Made by a program: the position numbers and the translations under genes. Below are positions 23,091-34,130 of a stretch of DNA of 64,000 bases, one piece after another (position 1 is the stretch's first letter; every line of letters starts with the position of its first letter). Under the pieces are notes generated by a model, which saw nothing but the letters and a program-made list of their open reading frames with translations, searched no databases and was not told the origin of the DNA. This stretch comes from Oopsacas minuta (Eukaryota; Animalia; Porifera), in NCBI GenBank assembly GCA_024704765.1, contig JAKMXF010000015.1, positions 1 through 64,000 on the forward strand. Reading direction: 5' to 3'.

Positions 23091-23405
23091 TTAGAACATT
23101 ATCCACTCGAAATGATATACCTGTCTCACTTTGGGTAATTTCCGTTGAACAGTGAACAGCAGAACTTCACATATGTGCGCATATATATTATGCCCATCGT
23201 GCGAGGATTACTATTTTTCGTTGTTCTGTACAGGACAGGGGTTTAGTAGATTTGTACATGGATTTTGGTTGCGATAAACTTACTGATTGTGTGAGCCCAA
23301 TAACCTAAACTGCTAAAGCATGTACATTTTGTAATGTAAATCAACAGTTCTCATTCAAGTATACAGTTAGTTTTTCTCTTTTCCAAATTATCATTTTGAT
23401 ATACG

Positions 23406-24015
23406 TCAACCATGTAGGGTTCTATTTGGGGGAGAACAATTTCTTAGCTTAAGGAGTCCTGCTGCGAAATTTTGGTCATTTTTAGCCAAATTTGTTTTAA
23501 TATTTGTTGTTTTGATGAATTCTTTTGGATCCTCAAATTCTATTTTAGATTTAGTATCCCTAAACTTATTCTTGGCGACACTTAAATGTAATAAATAGGC
23601 TTTCATCGCTGAAGAGTAAACCTTTGTGATGAAATGTAAAAGATAACTATTTCAGACAAAATTCATGTATACAATCTTCAGTAACACCGCACTGTTCACA
23701 ACGGTGCTTTATAGATGGATTTTGTAGCTCGCAAATTTAATAATAGTTTAGTCCTCTGTCATCATCTCTTCTACTACGAAACCAATGCTGTAGATACCCT
23801 AGGTGATCTGTAAAATTCTTTGATGTCAAACATCTAAGAGTATAGTCGCTGTTGCTTGAATCAGGATCATACTGGATAGAAAAGGCCTTGGAACAATACT
23901 GGCCGAATAAAGAATCCAATATTTCAAAGAGTACTTCACCGTGATATTTAAAACTGTTCCATTCCATTACATGTTTCCTGAAGTAAATAGTATATATAAT
24001 TATAACTTTCTGCAT
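23406..24015 (-). pseudogene. Possible decayed coding relic of unknown family
   Basis: Protein-like ORF FKYHGEVLFEILDSLFGQYCSKAF...HWFRSRRDDDRGL continues past stops into HRCEQCG; family not recognised. Confidence 0.25.
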
Positions 24016-24667
24016 TGATCAAATACACTATACTAGAAGCCGCTTTAATCTTGAGACGGATAGTCGTGATTTAGCAACCTTGATTTTCCGTAAACTCCGG
24101 GATCTGGTAAAACAGTTCGGATAATCGAGTTTACACATAATTCACAACAAGCCGCAAATATTCATGATTATGTGACCTCCATTGCATATAGTAATTCGTG
24201 TGATTTAACTCATTTTGATTTGGCAAAATCAGCTCATTTTCTTGAATGAGTTGAATGAGTCGACAAGCCAAATCGGGCCTGGACTCGGTATGAAACGTTG
24301 GTACATTTTATGTTCCAAGAATTGGGAATCATCCAGGGAAATGAAAATAATTTATTTTGCTTCCACCGTAACTGCAATGCATCAGGGATAATGTTTTAAC
24401 TCTTGATTATATAAATGAGTTAGTAAAATCAACTCCTTATTTTGTTAGGATCCTTAATAACAGAAGTTAATATTAACAACTCCTTTTTCTAAGAAAAATG
24501 TCTTACATAAGCAGATCCCATTGGATATATACCCTACATTATAATGGTAATAGTAAATTATTCATAATTGATTACATTATGTATTTTCAGTTAATACCTT
24601 TTGCTACTACTATACATGATTTCAGTAAAAGTATAAATTTTGATTTGTTAATCGAGTAATTAAACTG

Positions 24668-25789
24668 ATGGTTCAAATACAGTTAATTTGCCCAATCTTC
24701 TTTGGAATTGTTTTTCCAGTTTTCACTCTTGTATTCATTTTCTGGTTTGTGTTTCTGCTACAAGATGTTATAAGTAGGAGAGCATACTACAAATCTGCAT
24801 TGAGAAGCTTTCAAGAATCTCATGACCATTATCAACAACAAGAAGTTTATAAGGCAAAGACGGATTATGTTAAGAGTATATTCTTATTCAACATCAACAT
24901 TCTTGAATGGCTTGCAGTCACAATGTCTTCTACTGCATTTGTTTATCTGAACGTGAGTATTGGTTTGATTTGTAAGAGGAAAATTCAATTTATTCATTCT
25001 GGAAATACTTCATTGTCTAATTTAACTTATAATAATTGTTTCAAGGATGAGTACAGTATTTTCTCGAATTCCCTAGTTTACTCAAACATATACTTTATGG
25101 CATATAGCGTATTCCTTTTCAGTTTAACATTAATTGCTTGTCTTTGTAATTATCTCACAGCAAGATACTCTAGAAAGAGTTGGATTAAACACAACAGAAT
25201 TCCCTACTTCATTACTCTCATTATTTTAGTCATAATAGTAACTCATCTCTCAACACTAGTATGCGCCTTAACTTTGATTGTGAGAATTATCCATTGGATT
25301 GTATCGATAATTGTGTTAGCGATAGCAATACAACAATCTAGAAGACTCAGGATGGTATTAAACTGGACAATTGTTGATTTAGAGATCAGTAAGAATAATC
25401 CTAGATTATTGAAGATGTTCAAACAAAGGAATAAACAGTTGAAGATGATATTTTTAGTTATATGGTTAGGATGCTTCTTCATTCTGATTTCATTCCTAAT
25501 AGACACTGTTGAAATTGGAACCCAATTTTTGTTACAACTCATCACTGAAGAGAAGATCAATTACAACTCCTTCTGTACTCTTCAAAAGAATTATATTCCA
25601 ATTCATATTTTTGAAGGTTTCTCAATTCTAGCTCTTTTATTTACTTTTTTTGGGTTGGTCTTTGCTCTCATGCTTTACTTTATCTGCGGATTTGGTACAA
25701 TGTTAGTTGTGATATGGTTTCGTATCAGAGGAAAAACCGGTTATAAAACACATTTCCCTAATCCTCTCAGGAAACCTCTTGTGTCATAA
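24668..25789 (+). CDS. Orphan multi-pass membrane protein, about 7 TM helices (GPCR-like topology), 373 aa, intronless
   Basis: Seven hydrophobic segments; YLTARY at the end of helix 3, where rhodopsin-class GPCRs carry DRY; basic loop between helices 5 and 6. Confidence 0.75.
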   Translation: MVQIQLICPIFFGIVFPVFTLVFIFWFVFLLQDVISRRAYYKSALRSFQESHDHYQQQEVYKAKTDYVKSIFLFNINILEWLAVTMSSTAFVYLNVSIGLICKRKIQFIHSGNTSLSNLTYNNCFKDEYSIFSNSLVYSNIYFMAYSVFLFSLTLIACLCNYLTARYSRKSWIKHNRIPYFITLIILVIIVTHLSTLVCALTLIVRIIHWIVSIIVLAIAIQQSRRLRMVLNWTIVDLEISKNNPRLLKMFKQRNKQLKMIFLVIWLGCFFILISFLIDTVEIGTQFLLQLITEEKINYNSFCTLQKNYIPIHIFEGFSILALLFTFFGLVFALMLYFICGFGTMLVVIWFRIRGKTGYKTHFPNPLRKPLVS

Positions 25790-26155
25790 AATGCAGTAGA
25801 TGTTTCCACAGTTATTTGTAATAATTACAGTGGAGTTACGCGTGATGACCAAAGTGTGGTAATATCAAGGCTGTACTCTTAAGCTAATAGTTATCTACAC
25901 AAAATTATTATTTACATTAATTAATATAATATTTAAGAAAGAAATTCATATTTTGATATCAATCCTATATTAGTAGCTATCCCTTGGACAAGACGTTCTC
26001 AGTACATCTATGGTTGAAAGAAAAATAATATTACATCAACGTAACACTTAACCGATTACTGTCTGAGTTTTACACTCGTAATGGAAAGGAATACGAAAAT
26101 TCAAAATTACTCTACTTTAAGCTATTAGGGTCGGAGTTTGACGCATAACTATGTA

Positions 26156-28186
26156 CAGTGGGACCCCGCTTAACGGCCACCCCAGAATAGCGGCCACCTC
26201 GATATGCCGGCCACTGTTTAAAGTCCCGTTTAATATACTATAGACATTAACATTAATTTATTTCAGAATTCCGGCCACTCCGCTATTCCGAATTACGGCC
26301 ATACTTTTAGAACAAAACCCTACTTTAACCTCAGAATTACGGCCAATCTTAACAATAGGAATCACTATTGGATGTTTGAAAACGAAAACAATTTCTGGAC
26401 AATTAAATAACAATACATTGGAGTGTATACATACAAATGCAAAGCAGATAATGAGACAGTAATTCATACGTTATTAATGGCATCGAGCAAACGCAATGAG
26501 CTGGATCTCAAACGAAAAGTGGAGTTAATTCATAATTCTTCTGGACAATCGCATCGGCAATTGGCAGTAAGATTTAATATAGGAAAAACCCAAGTTTTTC
26601 CATACTCAAACGAAAAACAGAGTATTTGGCCGCTTATGAGGAAAATCAAAGAGGAAACAGAAAGCGGCATTGCTATTCCAACGAATTTAATGTACTTGAC
26701 ACTGCTATGTGGGATTGGTTTCAATCTGCTCGTTCAAAAAACATACCCCTCTCCGGGCCCTTGATTCAAGAAAAAGCTTTAGAATTCTCAGCAACTTTAG
26801 GGGTTGACGAGTTTAAAGCTTCAAACGGCTGGCTAAATCGTTTTATAAACGTCATAATTAAGTGTGTGGAAAATAAGTGGAGAACGGGGATCAGTAGATG
26901 ATACTACAGTGATAGAATCGAAGGAGAAATTGCCATCTTTAATTACAGGTTATCAATTGCACGATATATTCAACATGGACGAGACGGGCATATTATTCCG
27001 TGCCCTTCCAGACAAGACTATGCATGAGCGGACTAAAGGATGTACTGGAGGAAAACGCTCGAAAGATCGAGTGACTTGCTTACTTTGTGTTAATGCGTTG
27101 GGAGACTTTGAGCAGACATTGATTATTGGACACTCTCTAAATCCCAGATGTTTTAAGAACATTCCGTCCTTTCATTTACCCGTAACATATCGTGCAAATA
27201 AGAAAGTTTGGATGACTAGCGCACTATACAATGAGTGACTAAATGCTTTTGACGCCAAAATGCGTAATCAAAATCGGCATATCCTAGTGTTTTTAGATAA
27301 TACACCATGTCACCCAAGAGGAGCTTCTTTAACCAACATAAAATTAGTATTCTTACCAGCAAATACCACTTCTGTTCTACACCCACTCGATCAAGATATT
27401 ATCCAGTGTATGAAGTTGCTTTACAGAAAACGTCTTCTCCGTCGTGTGCTAAGCCAGATCAATAATGGTTGTGAAGATGAAACAGTAGCAAAAAGCATTA
27501 ACATCCTAGATGCTTGCCACTGGATAGTAGCTGCAGTAAAGGAAATACGTCCTAGTACAGTACAGAAATGTTTTTCAAAATGTGGAATAAATTTGAATTT
27601 CGAAGATGACGCAGCAAATAACGAAGATGAAGAAATTCAAACACTAACGAAATTGCTCAACATTTCCTCGGAGCACAACATTTGTGATAATGCTATTGTT
27701 GATCCTCAATCATACGTCAACATGGATAGTGAAATTCAAGTTAATGACAATTTAGAAGGAGAATGGGAATCGCGTATTCTGGAAAATTTACAAGAAAATG
27801 TAACACAGGAATATCTCTCTGACGAAGGTGAAACAATTGAGCACCCAGGGACCGAAAAATTTGGTTTCAGCGATGCTTTATCCTGACTTACGAATCTCAA
27901 AGTATTCTTGAAAGATAAGCCAATGACTGATGACCTCACTTTGATATCTTCTATTGAAGATAGAGTTAACGAAAAGGCCATTTCTGCATGTTTTTCAGCT
28001 AGCAAACAATCAAAGTTAGATGTATATTTTAACTAATAATTATGTATTAGCATGTTATAATTATTATAGTATGGTAAATATTAATAGAATATGGTTTCTT
28101 TCAAAAAGTTTCACAATTACGGCCACCCCGAAATTACGACCATTTTTCTCGGTCCCGTGGGTGACCGTATTTCCGGGGTTCCACTG
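26156..28186 (+). mobile_element. Full-length pogo/Tigger DNA transposon with disrupted transposase (ATG 26477 to about 27886+)
   Basis: TA|CAGTGGGACCCCGC..ACGGCCACCC ... GGGTGACCGTATTTCCGGGGTTCCACTG|TA; HTH-psq, CENP-B HTH (FKASNGWLNRF), DDE_1 motifs FNMDETG, VFLDNTPCH, PLDQDII; 2 frameshifts and stops; ATTACGGCCA subterminal repeats. Confidence 0.92.
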
Positions 28187-30307
28187 TACTTATGATTTAT
28201 CGTGTAATCAAGAAAGTAAACATAATTGAATAAAACTTGACTAAATATGCAGAATCCGATTTTCACGCTTCTGAATTAATCACATGTAAACTTTGTTGTT
28301 TATTAATATAAAGTAATCAAATAGTTAATTTGTATTCAATAACCATTAATAATACTTATTGTTGTTGACATCTGATAATTCGACCTTAAAAAAGTATATC
28401 AAGCGTGTATACGGGCAACCTTCGAGATATAGCACAAAATAATTCCCCGATGATGCCGTTTCTTGGAGGTTTACCTGTAGATTTGAAAATATCATAATTA
28501 GAATTTACATACTCAATTACTCCAACAAGTAGTTGGAACGAAATCTCTCGCATAATTTTGATATAGATGCATAACGGTGTGAAAATAAGAGTAGTCATAT
28601 GACAAATCATCTAGATTGAGATTTGAAAATATTATAATTGGAATCTCTATACCCAATTACCCAGGCGGCGGGGATCGGCCATGTCAAGCAGTTAAAACTA
28701 AGTTTATAAGATTGTATTTAAATATATGCCAAAGGTGTGAAAATATGATTAATCATATGATAAATCAGTGCAATTGTTACTTTAAAAGGCTTTGAGCAAG
28801 TTTCGGCGGGACATTAGCCTCATTGCCCTCAACACGTTCTAAAAAGCTGGTCGTTCAGCCAAAAAGGGACAGTTACATAGACCCCGATTTAAGATAAACC
28901 AATTGGCCACTTTCATAAAGTGAAATGGAAATCTATAATTGACTTCAAGACTTGAAACATTACAGTGTTCAAGCATCCATCTCTAAAATATTTACTATCA
29001 AAATAAAAATTTTTCATTTTTCTAGATAGTCTCCTGACATGGAGGTGATTATTCATGCTGCAGATTTGCCAAAAGAATTTATATTTTTTGAAATGCTGGT
29101 TTTATTGTGACTTGGTTGGTCTGTTGGTTTGGCCAACAAATTCTGCTCACTTGGGGTCTACGCAGTTGCCAAGCATGCTTGAATTATGATTACTACTATT
29201 TTCTGATTGAGAATAATCATTTCAATTACCTAAGTGAGTTTGACGTATTTGGACAACCTCACTTCCATTTTACCCTCTCTAATAAATTATTAAGGGAGGG
29301 GTCCATAGAATGTGCTAAAATTGGTATAGGGGTCCACAGGTGAAAAAGGTTTTTCCCGGAATGATTGTCCAGCTAAAAGCGGAACGCGGGACTACCTCCA
29401 AATTTGGCCCAAAAGACGGGACGGTTGACATGTATGCAACCCGTTAGTCTAAGTTAAAGTTTTCTTCAGTTATCCGGAATTTTTACGACGCCCACCGTCA
29501 GATGTGCCTCACCGAAAGTTAGGGAGAACACTGTACACAACCGACCGCATGAGCACTGTATACATTGTCCATTTTTCGTCCCCTCCGCTTAAAACCTATC
29601 CAAAAGGTCTAGAAAGATTATGGAAGGATTGACATCCTGATCCTCTTAATTCTTCCTATAATCAGGGCTGTGTACGCCAGAGTTGGAATCGGGCTCTCTT
29701 TTTTAGAACCAAAATGAGCCGAATCTCAATCTGTATCTTAACCCGAACATGGCCCGCACCCAAAACTGAATAGAGCTCGCGAGAATTCAGGGCTCTCAAG
29801 TCTCAATCTGGGAATTTTCAAAATCATGAGATTCATAACAATCTCACGAAAAATCAAGGGGTTTACGATTTAGTATTAGTTTTCTATCAAAAGACAAAGG
29901 ATTGCGATTGGGTTGTAAGTGCAGACGCGAAATCGTGATAGGTGTGAGTCATAAAAATTACGGAAACAATTTGTGACCGAAACTTTCCAACTCTGGTGTG
30001 GGCTTGGCTGAGGTGGCCTTGTCCATTAATGAGAAGGTACTTCTATAGAATAGGGGCTGTTGAGCAGAGAAGGAACTGGTCGACACATCGGGTAGGGTCA
30101 GGTTATATAAGAGCTGACTGGTTCATCTCATTTGCTGAGCTGCCCCACTTTCCATTGGTTTCTTCGGGCCCTTACCTATACAAAACTATACTATTTATCT
30201 TGTATAACTCGGATAGACGTACTTATATTTGTTTCCTGAGGGTGTAACGTCTTATCCGAATTCTCGTACTTACAGTCTTACACTACCTATATTACTAGCT
30301 TATTATA

Positions 30308-30586
30308 ATGGCAAAGCGTACGAAGAAAGTAGGCGTGGTAGGCAAATACAGAACCAGATATGGATCATCTCTACGTAAGATGGTAAAGAAGATAGAAATA
30401 TCACAACACGCTAAGTACCAATGTCCTTTCTGTGGTAAAACCTCTCTCCGTAGGATGGCGGTTGGTATATGGGCTTGTAAGCACTGTAGTAAGAAAATCT
30501 CCGGTGGAGCTTATGTCGTCACTACAACAGCTGCTGCTAACGTACGTAGTGCTATCAAGAGGAACAAGGACACCAGGAATTTATAG
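30308..30586 (+). CDS. RPL37A: 60S ribosomal protein L37a (eL43), intronless coding region
   Basis: [53 protein letters not shown]; zinc ribbon intact. Confidence 0.9.
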   Translation: MAKRTKKVGVVGKYRTRYGSSLRKMVKKIEISQHAKYQCPFCGKTSLRRMAVGIWACKHCSKKISGGAYVVTTTAAANVRSAIKRNKDTRNL

Positions 30587-31464
30587 GGATTTAATTAGCT
30601 TAGGCAGTTATAGTGATGTTTGTTGTTTATTATACAACTCTAGTAGAAATTCTTATAATATAAAGTCATATCCGCATGCGGAATTAGCAAGCGCATTCCG
30701 TCTTGCGTTATCCAGATCCACGGACTACCACCATAGGTGTAAACTACACATTCTGGGGGTTTGGTCCCCTTAGGCCTGGAATCTGGAATTCCGCCGCCAA
30801 GGTTTTCCGGAAGTTAGAAAGTTTTACTTCTGGTCTCATGTTTGCCATACCCTGGGACCGCCTCTTTTAATCTTACTTCGGAAGGGAAACAAGAATTCGA
30901 GGTTGGGCATAGCCCTCCATGCCTATAATTGACAACTCCAGTATTTGTGGTGCTTATATAAGCCACCAACAAGTACTAATAAAGCTAATTGGTCTCAGTA
31001 ACGCCGAAATTTGTCCGAGCAAAAATTTGTTTTGGAATACCTCACTTCAGACATTATTATTAGTTTCGCTCATTTTAATAAGATTTGTCATAGATATATT
31101 AGGCTTTACCATGTGGCTCAGAAATGACAGGTTAACCACTTTGGGAGATTCAATTCCTTAGGTTTTCGCATTTAGGGCTGATAAATCACGAAATAATGAT
31201 AATGAACTATCACAGTACCTGCCAGCATGCTCAGGTGGCTCTCAAGTGGATCTGAAATATGTTTCTCATTAACAATGGATAAGACAATAAATTTTCGGAC
31301 CTCATAAATTGGTGACATTATCCACGTCTTAGTATCTTACTTAGCCACTTTCATAATACCTAGCGGATACACTATACAGTGTGTATTAATTATGTGGTCA
31401 ATATGCATAAGCCACTTTCTAAATATAATATCAGTACTATAGTGATTGCTTTGTAAACTAAGAA

Positions 31465-32748
31465 ATGGCTACTGCATCAATCAACGAGAATCCTGTCTGT
31501 GGACCTGTTAACTTGATGCCAGTCCCTAACAAGCTACAGGACAGAATGAATACACTGAGAGAAGTGATTGATAGCAAGAAGTCACTCGTGAGAAGAGTCA
31601 GTGAAGAAATGAAAGAGCTAATTGAAGACAAGGCTCACTTGATTATCGGGGAATTGGAAGGTATCTGGGATGAAGCTAACCAAAGGATGAACAAGAGAAG
31701 AAATGAAATCAATAAACAGATAGAAGAGATAAACAAACGTAAAAGTGAACTGGAAAAACTCTTCCAAGACTTAGACCCATCTCTACCCAATCCTCTTGAC
31801 AAGATACCTGAAGCAATAGAGTCAGTGAAAAGAGAAATGAATATAGACATCCCTTTTATCAAAGTGAATTGTAAAGTGAGAGAGTTGAGAGAGAGTATCA
31901 ATACACTGTTTAGTTGTGATCAGAGAATTGTAAAGTTTGAAGAAAACACTCCTATTCAACTGAAATGGAGTTCTTGTGACAGAGGCAAGCAAGATAATCA
32001 ACTATATAATCCATATGGTATAGCTATTGATTCTATTAATGATGATATTTATGTAGCAAATTCCATACACAGAGTAGAGATATTCTCTAGAAATGGAGAA
32101 TGGGTTAAAACTCTCAAAGATGAAGTAATGGCTTGTCCAGAGAATATCCTCATTCTACATGACTCTATATTTGTACAGTGCGTTAAGAGAATAGTTAGAT
32201 TCAACAAATCTACCCTCAAGATGGAATCTCATAAAACTTACGAGTATCGACTATCAGGTATCTGTAATGACAATACACATATCTATGTGGGTGAATATAG
32301 GAATATGAAGTTAACAGTCCTAACCTCTGAGATGAATGAAGAAAAGAGAATATCTCTAATCACTCAATTCAAGCAAGATAACACTTTTATCACAGATATA
32401 TCACTAACTAAAGATGAAGTATACGTTTGTTTCATTGACTCAGATTATCCTATACAAGCTTTCTCTAAACAAGGCAGACTGACTAGATGTATTATACACA
32501 AAGATATGTTGAATAAGGTTTGGTACTTCTGTATGGATCAACAACTAAATATAATACTAGCAGATAGAGGTTGTTCTCAAGTCAAGATATTCTCTAATGA
32601 AGGGAAACTGATTACTAAATTCGGTAAGGGCGGACCAGCTCCAGGAGATTTCACTTATCTAGGTGGAATAGCAGTAAATGACTTATTCAATATTGTAGCA
32701 GTAGACTGTAAAGATCATAACAGACTACAAGCATTCTCATATCTGTAA
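31465..32748 (+). CDS. Coiled-coil + NHL-repeat (beta-propeller) protein, TRIM-NHL-like but lacking RING and B-box, 427 aa
   Basis: N-terminal coiled coil; NHL motifs GKQDNQLYNPYGIAIDS..IYVAN..HRVEIFS, IILADRGCSQVKIFSNEGKLITKFG..G.APGDFTYLGGIAV. Confidence 0.88.
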   Translation: MATASINENPVCGPVNLMPVPNKLQDRMNTLREVIDSKKSLVRRVSEEMKELIEDKAHLIIGELEGIWDEANQRMNKRRNEINKQIEEINKRKSELEKLFQDLDPSLPNPLDKIPEAIESVKREMNIDIPFIKVNCKVRELRESINTLFSCDQRIVKFEENTPIQLKWSSCDRGKQDNQLYNPYGIAIDSINDDIYVANSIHRVEIFSRNGEWVKTLKDEVMACPENILILHDSIFVQCVKRIVRFNKSTLKMESHKTYEYRLSGICNDNTHIYVGEYRNMKLTVLTSEMNEEKRISLITQFKQDNTFITDISLTKDEVYVCFIDSDYPIQAFSKQGRLTRCIIHKDMLNKVWYFCMDQQLNIILADRGCSQVKIFSNEGKLITKFGKGGPAPGDFTYLGGIAVNDLFNIVAVDCKDHNRLQAFSYL

Positions 32749-33597
32749 TATCTTTATATTTTCACGTATTCGAATTGATTCTAAAAATATTCACTACTTT
32801 TTTCTTTGTAATAAATATAATTGATTATATCTTAGTAACATATCTCGAAAGACCTTGACATTTGCCAACGAAGCGCGATAGTTTATATTGTTGCTCGTTA
32901 ACCTATTTCAATTACTTACTTTGATATTCATATGCTGGTGTTATGATAGACCCACATTTATTGCTCGTGTATAGCTCTCATTATAATTTACTAGTTTTTG
33001 CATCATCAACTGCTTACACATAAATCAGTATTGATTAGTAGAACTCTGAAATATTTATACACTTCCCCAGTAAATGAATAATATTCTAAAATAGTGTAGT
33101 AGGTGAAATCTTCGCAGATCTACGACTGAACAAGATAGATAATATTATTTATACAAGCTAAACGAATAATATCCTAATACACACTTCAAACTCGAAAAAT
33201 AATAGACTTCAAACTTGAATCTGAATTTTCAAACAGCAATGCTACCAATTCCATTAATATCCATGTAATATTCTCCCAAATTATCTAATTTATCCTCCTC
33301 ATTTTTATTTGAATAAATGTGTTCTTCTTCCTTGTTTATTGTTGTATTTCCAATTCTTGTCAGTATTATTCCCTCCACTGGAGAAGATTTGTTATCCACT
33401 GTGCTATTTATTGTTTTCCTTTGTATGAACCAATACCATACGAATATAATAGTAACTAAGATTACTGCTATTATTATAACGAATATAATTAGTGGTATCA
33501 CAATACATGCCACACAGGTTGGATCAGCAGTAGCTATGTGAGGGAAATTAACATAAACTTGAGAATTCTATTATTCATCTAATATAATTAGTGTATA

Positions 33598-33866
33598 CAC
33601 TAGAACCTCAATTAATACGAACACTGATGGAGGGTTAAAATAAGCTCACTGTATTCGGAATACAATGCAACCTCAATTATCCGAACTCGTTGGGACCGGT
33701 CAAAAGCATTCGGATGATCGAGGTGGTTTATAAACAGTGAGATAGGAATTGGAACCAAGGGCCATGTTCGGATAATCGAGGTTGTATTGAATTCCAAATG
33801 AAAAACCATTGTAGGGACCTGATTTAATATATAATGGTTAGTGTTCGTACCAACGAGATTCTACTT
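33598..33866. mobile_element. pogo/Tigger-type MITE (intronic)
   Basis: TA|CACTAGAACCTCAATTAATACGAACAC ... GTGTTCGTACCAACGAGATTCTACTT|TA; same family as 374-544. Confidence 0.7.
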
Positions 33867-34077
33867 TATTCACAAACTGTTGCATTTAACTTAGAAATTC
33901 TTACAATTCTTAACATACCTCGAGTGTACTTCCAAGTTAATCCGCTTTCATTTACTTTAACTAAGATATCTTTGTAAATGCATAATAGCGAAATTTTCGA
34001 ATTCCACTATTTCTGTTTGTAAAACAATAATATATTTCTCTATGCGTATTATGTATGATATTGTATATGCATTAGAT

Positions 34078-34130
34078 CAGTGGTTCTTAACGCAACGCGT
34101 GTGCCGTGGAACTCCGGTTGAGAACCACTG
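34078..34130. mobile_element. 53-bp hAT/Buster-type mini-element
   Basis: CAGTGGTTCTTAAC ... GTTGAGAACCACTG; flanks are inverted rather than direct. Confidence 0.65.

Noticed and set aside
29990-30900. GC-richer flanks of RPL37A with a possible minus-strand two-exon mini-gene nesting RPL37A in its intron, plus hairpins such as TCCGCATGCGGA
   Set aside because: The best splice gives only a 28-aa peptide with no homology; no tRNA or snoRNA box set was found
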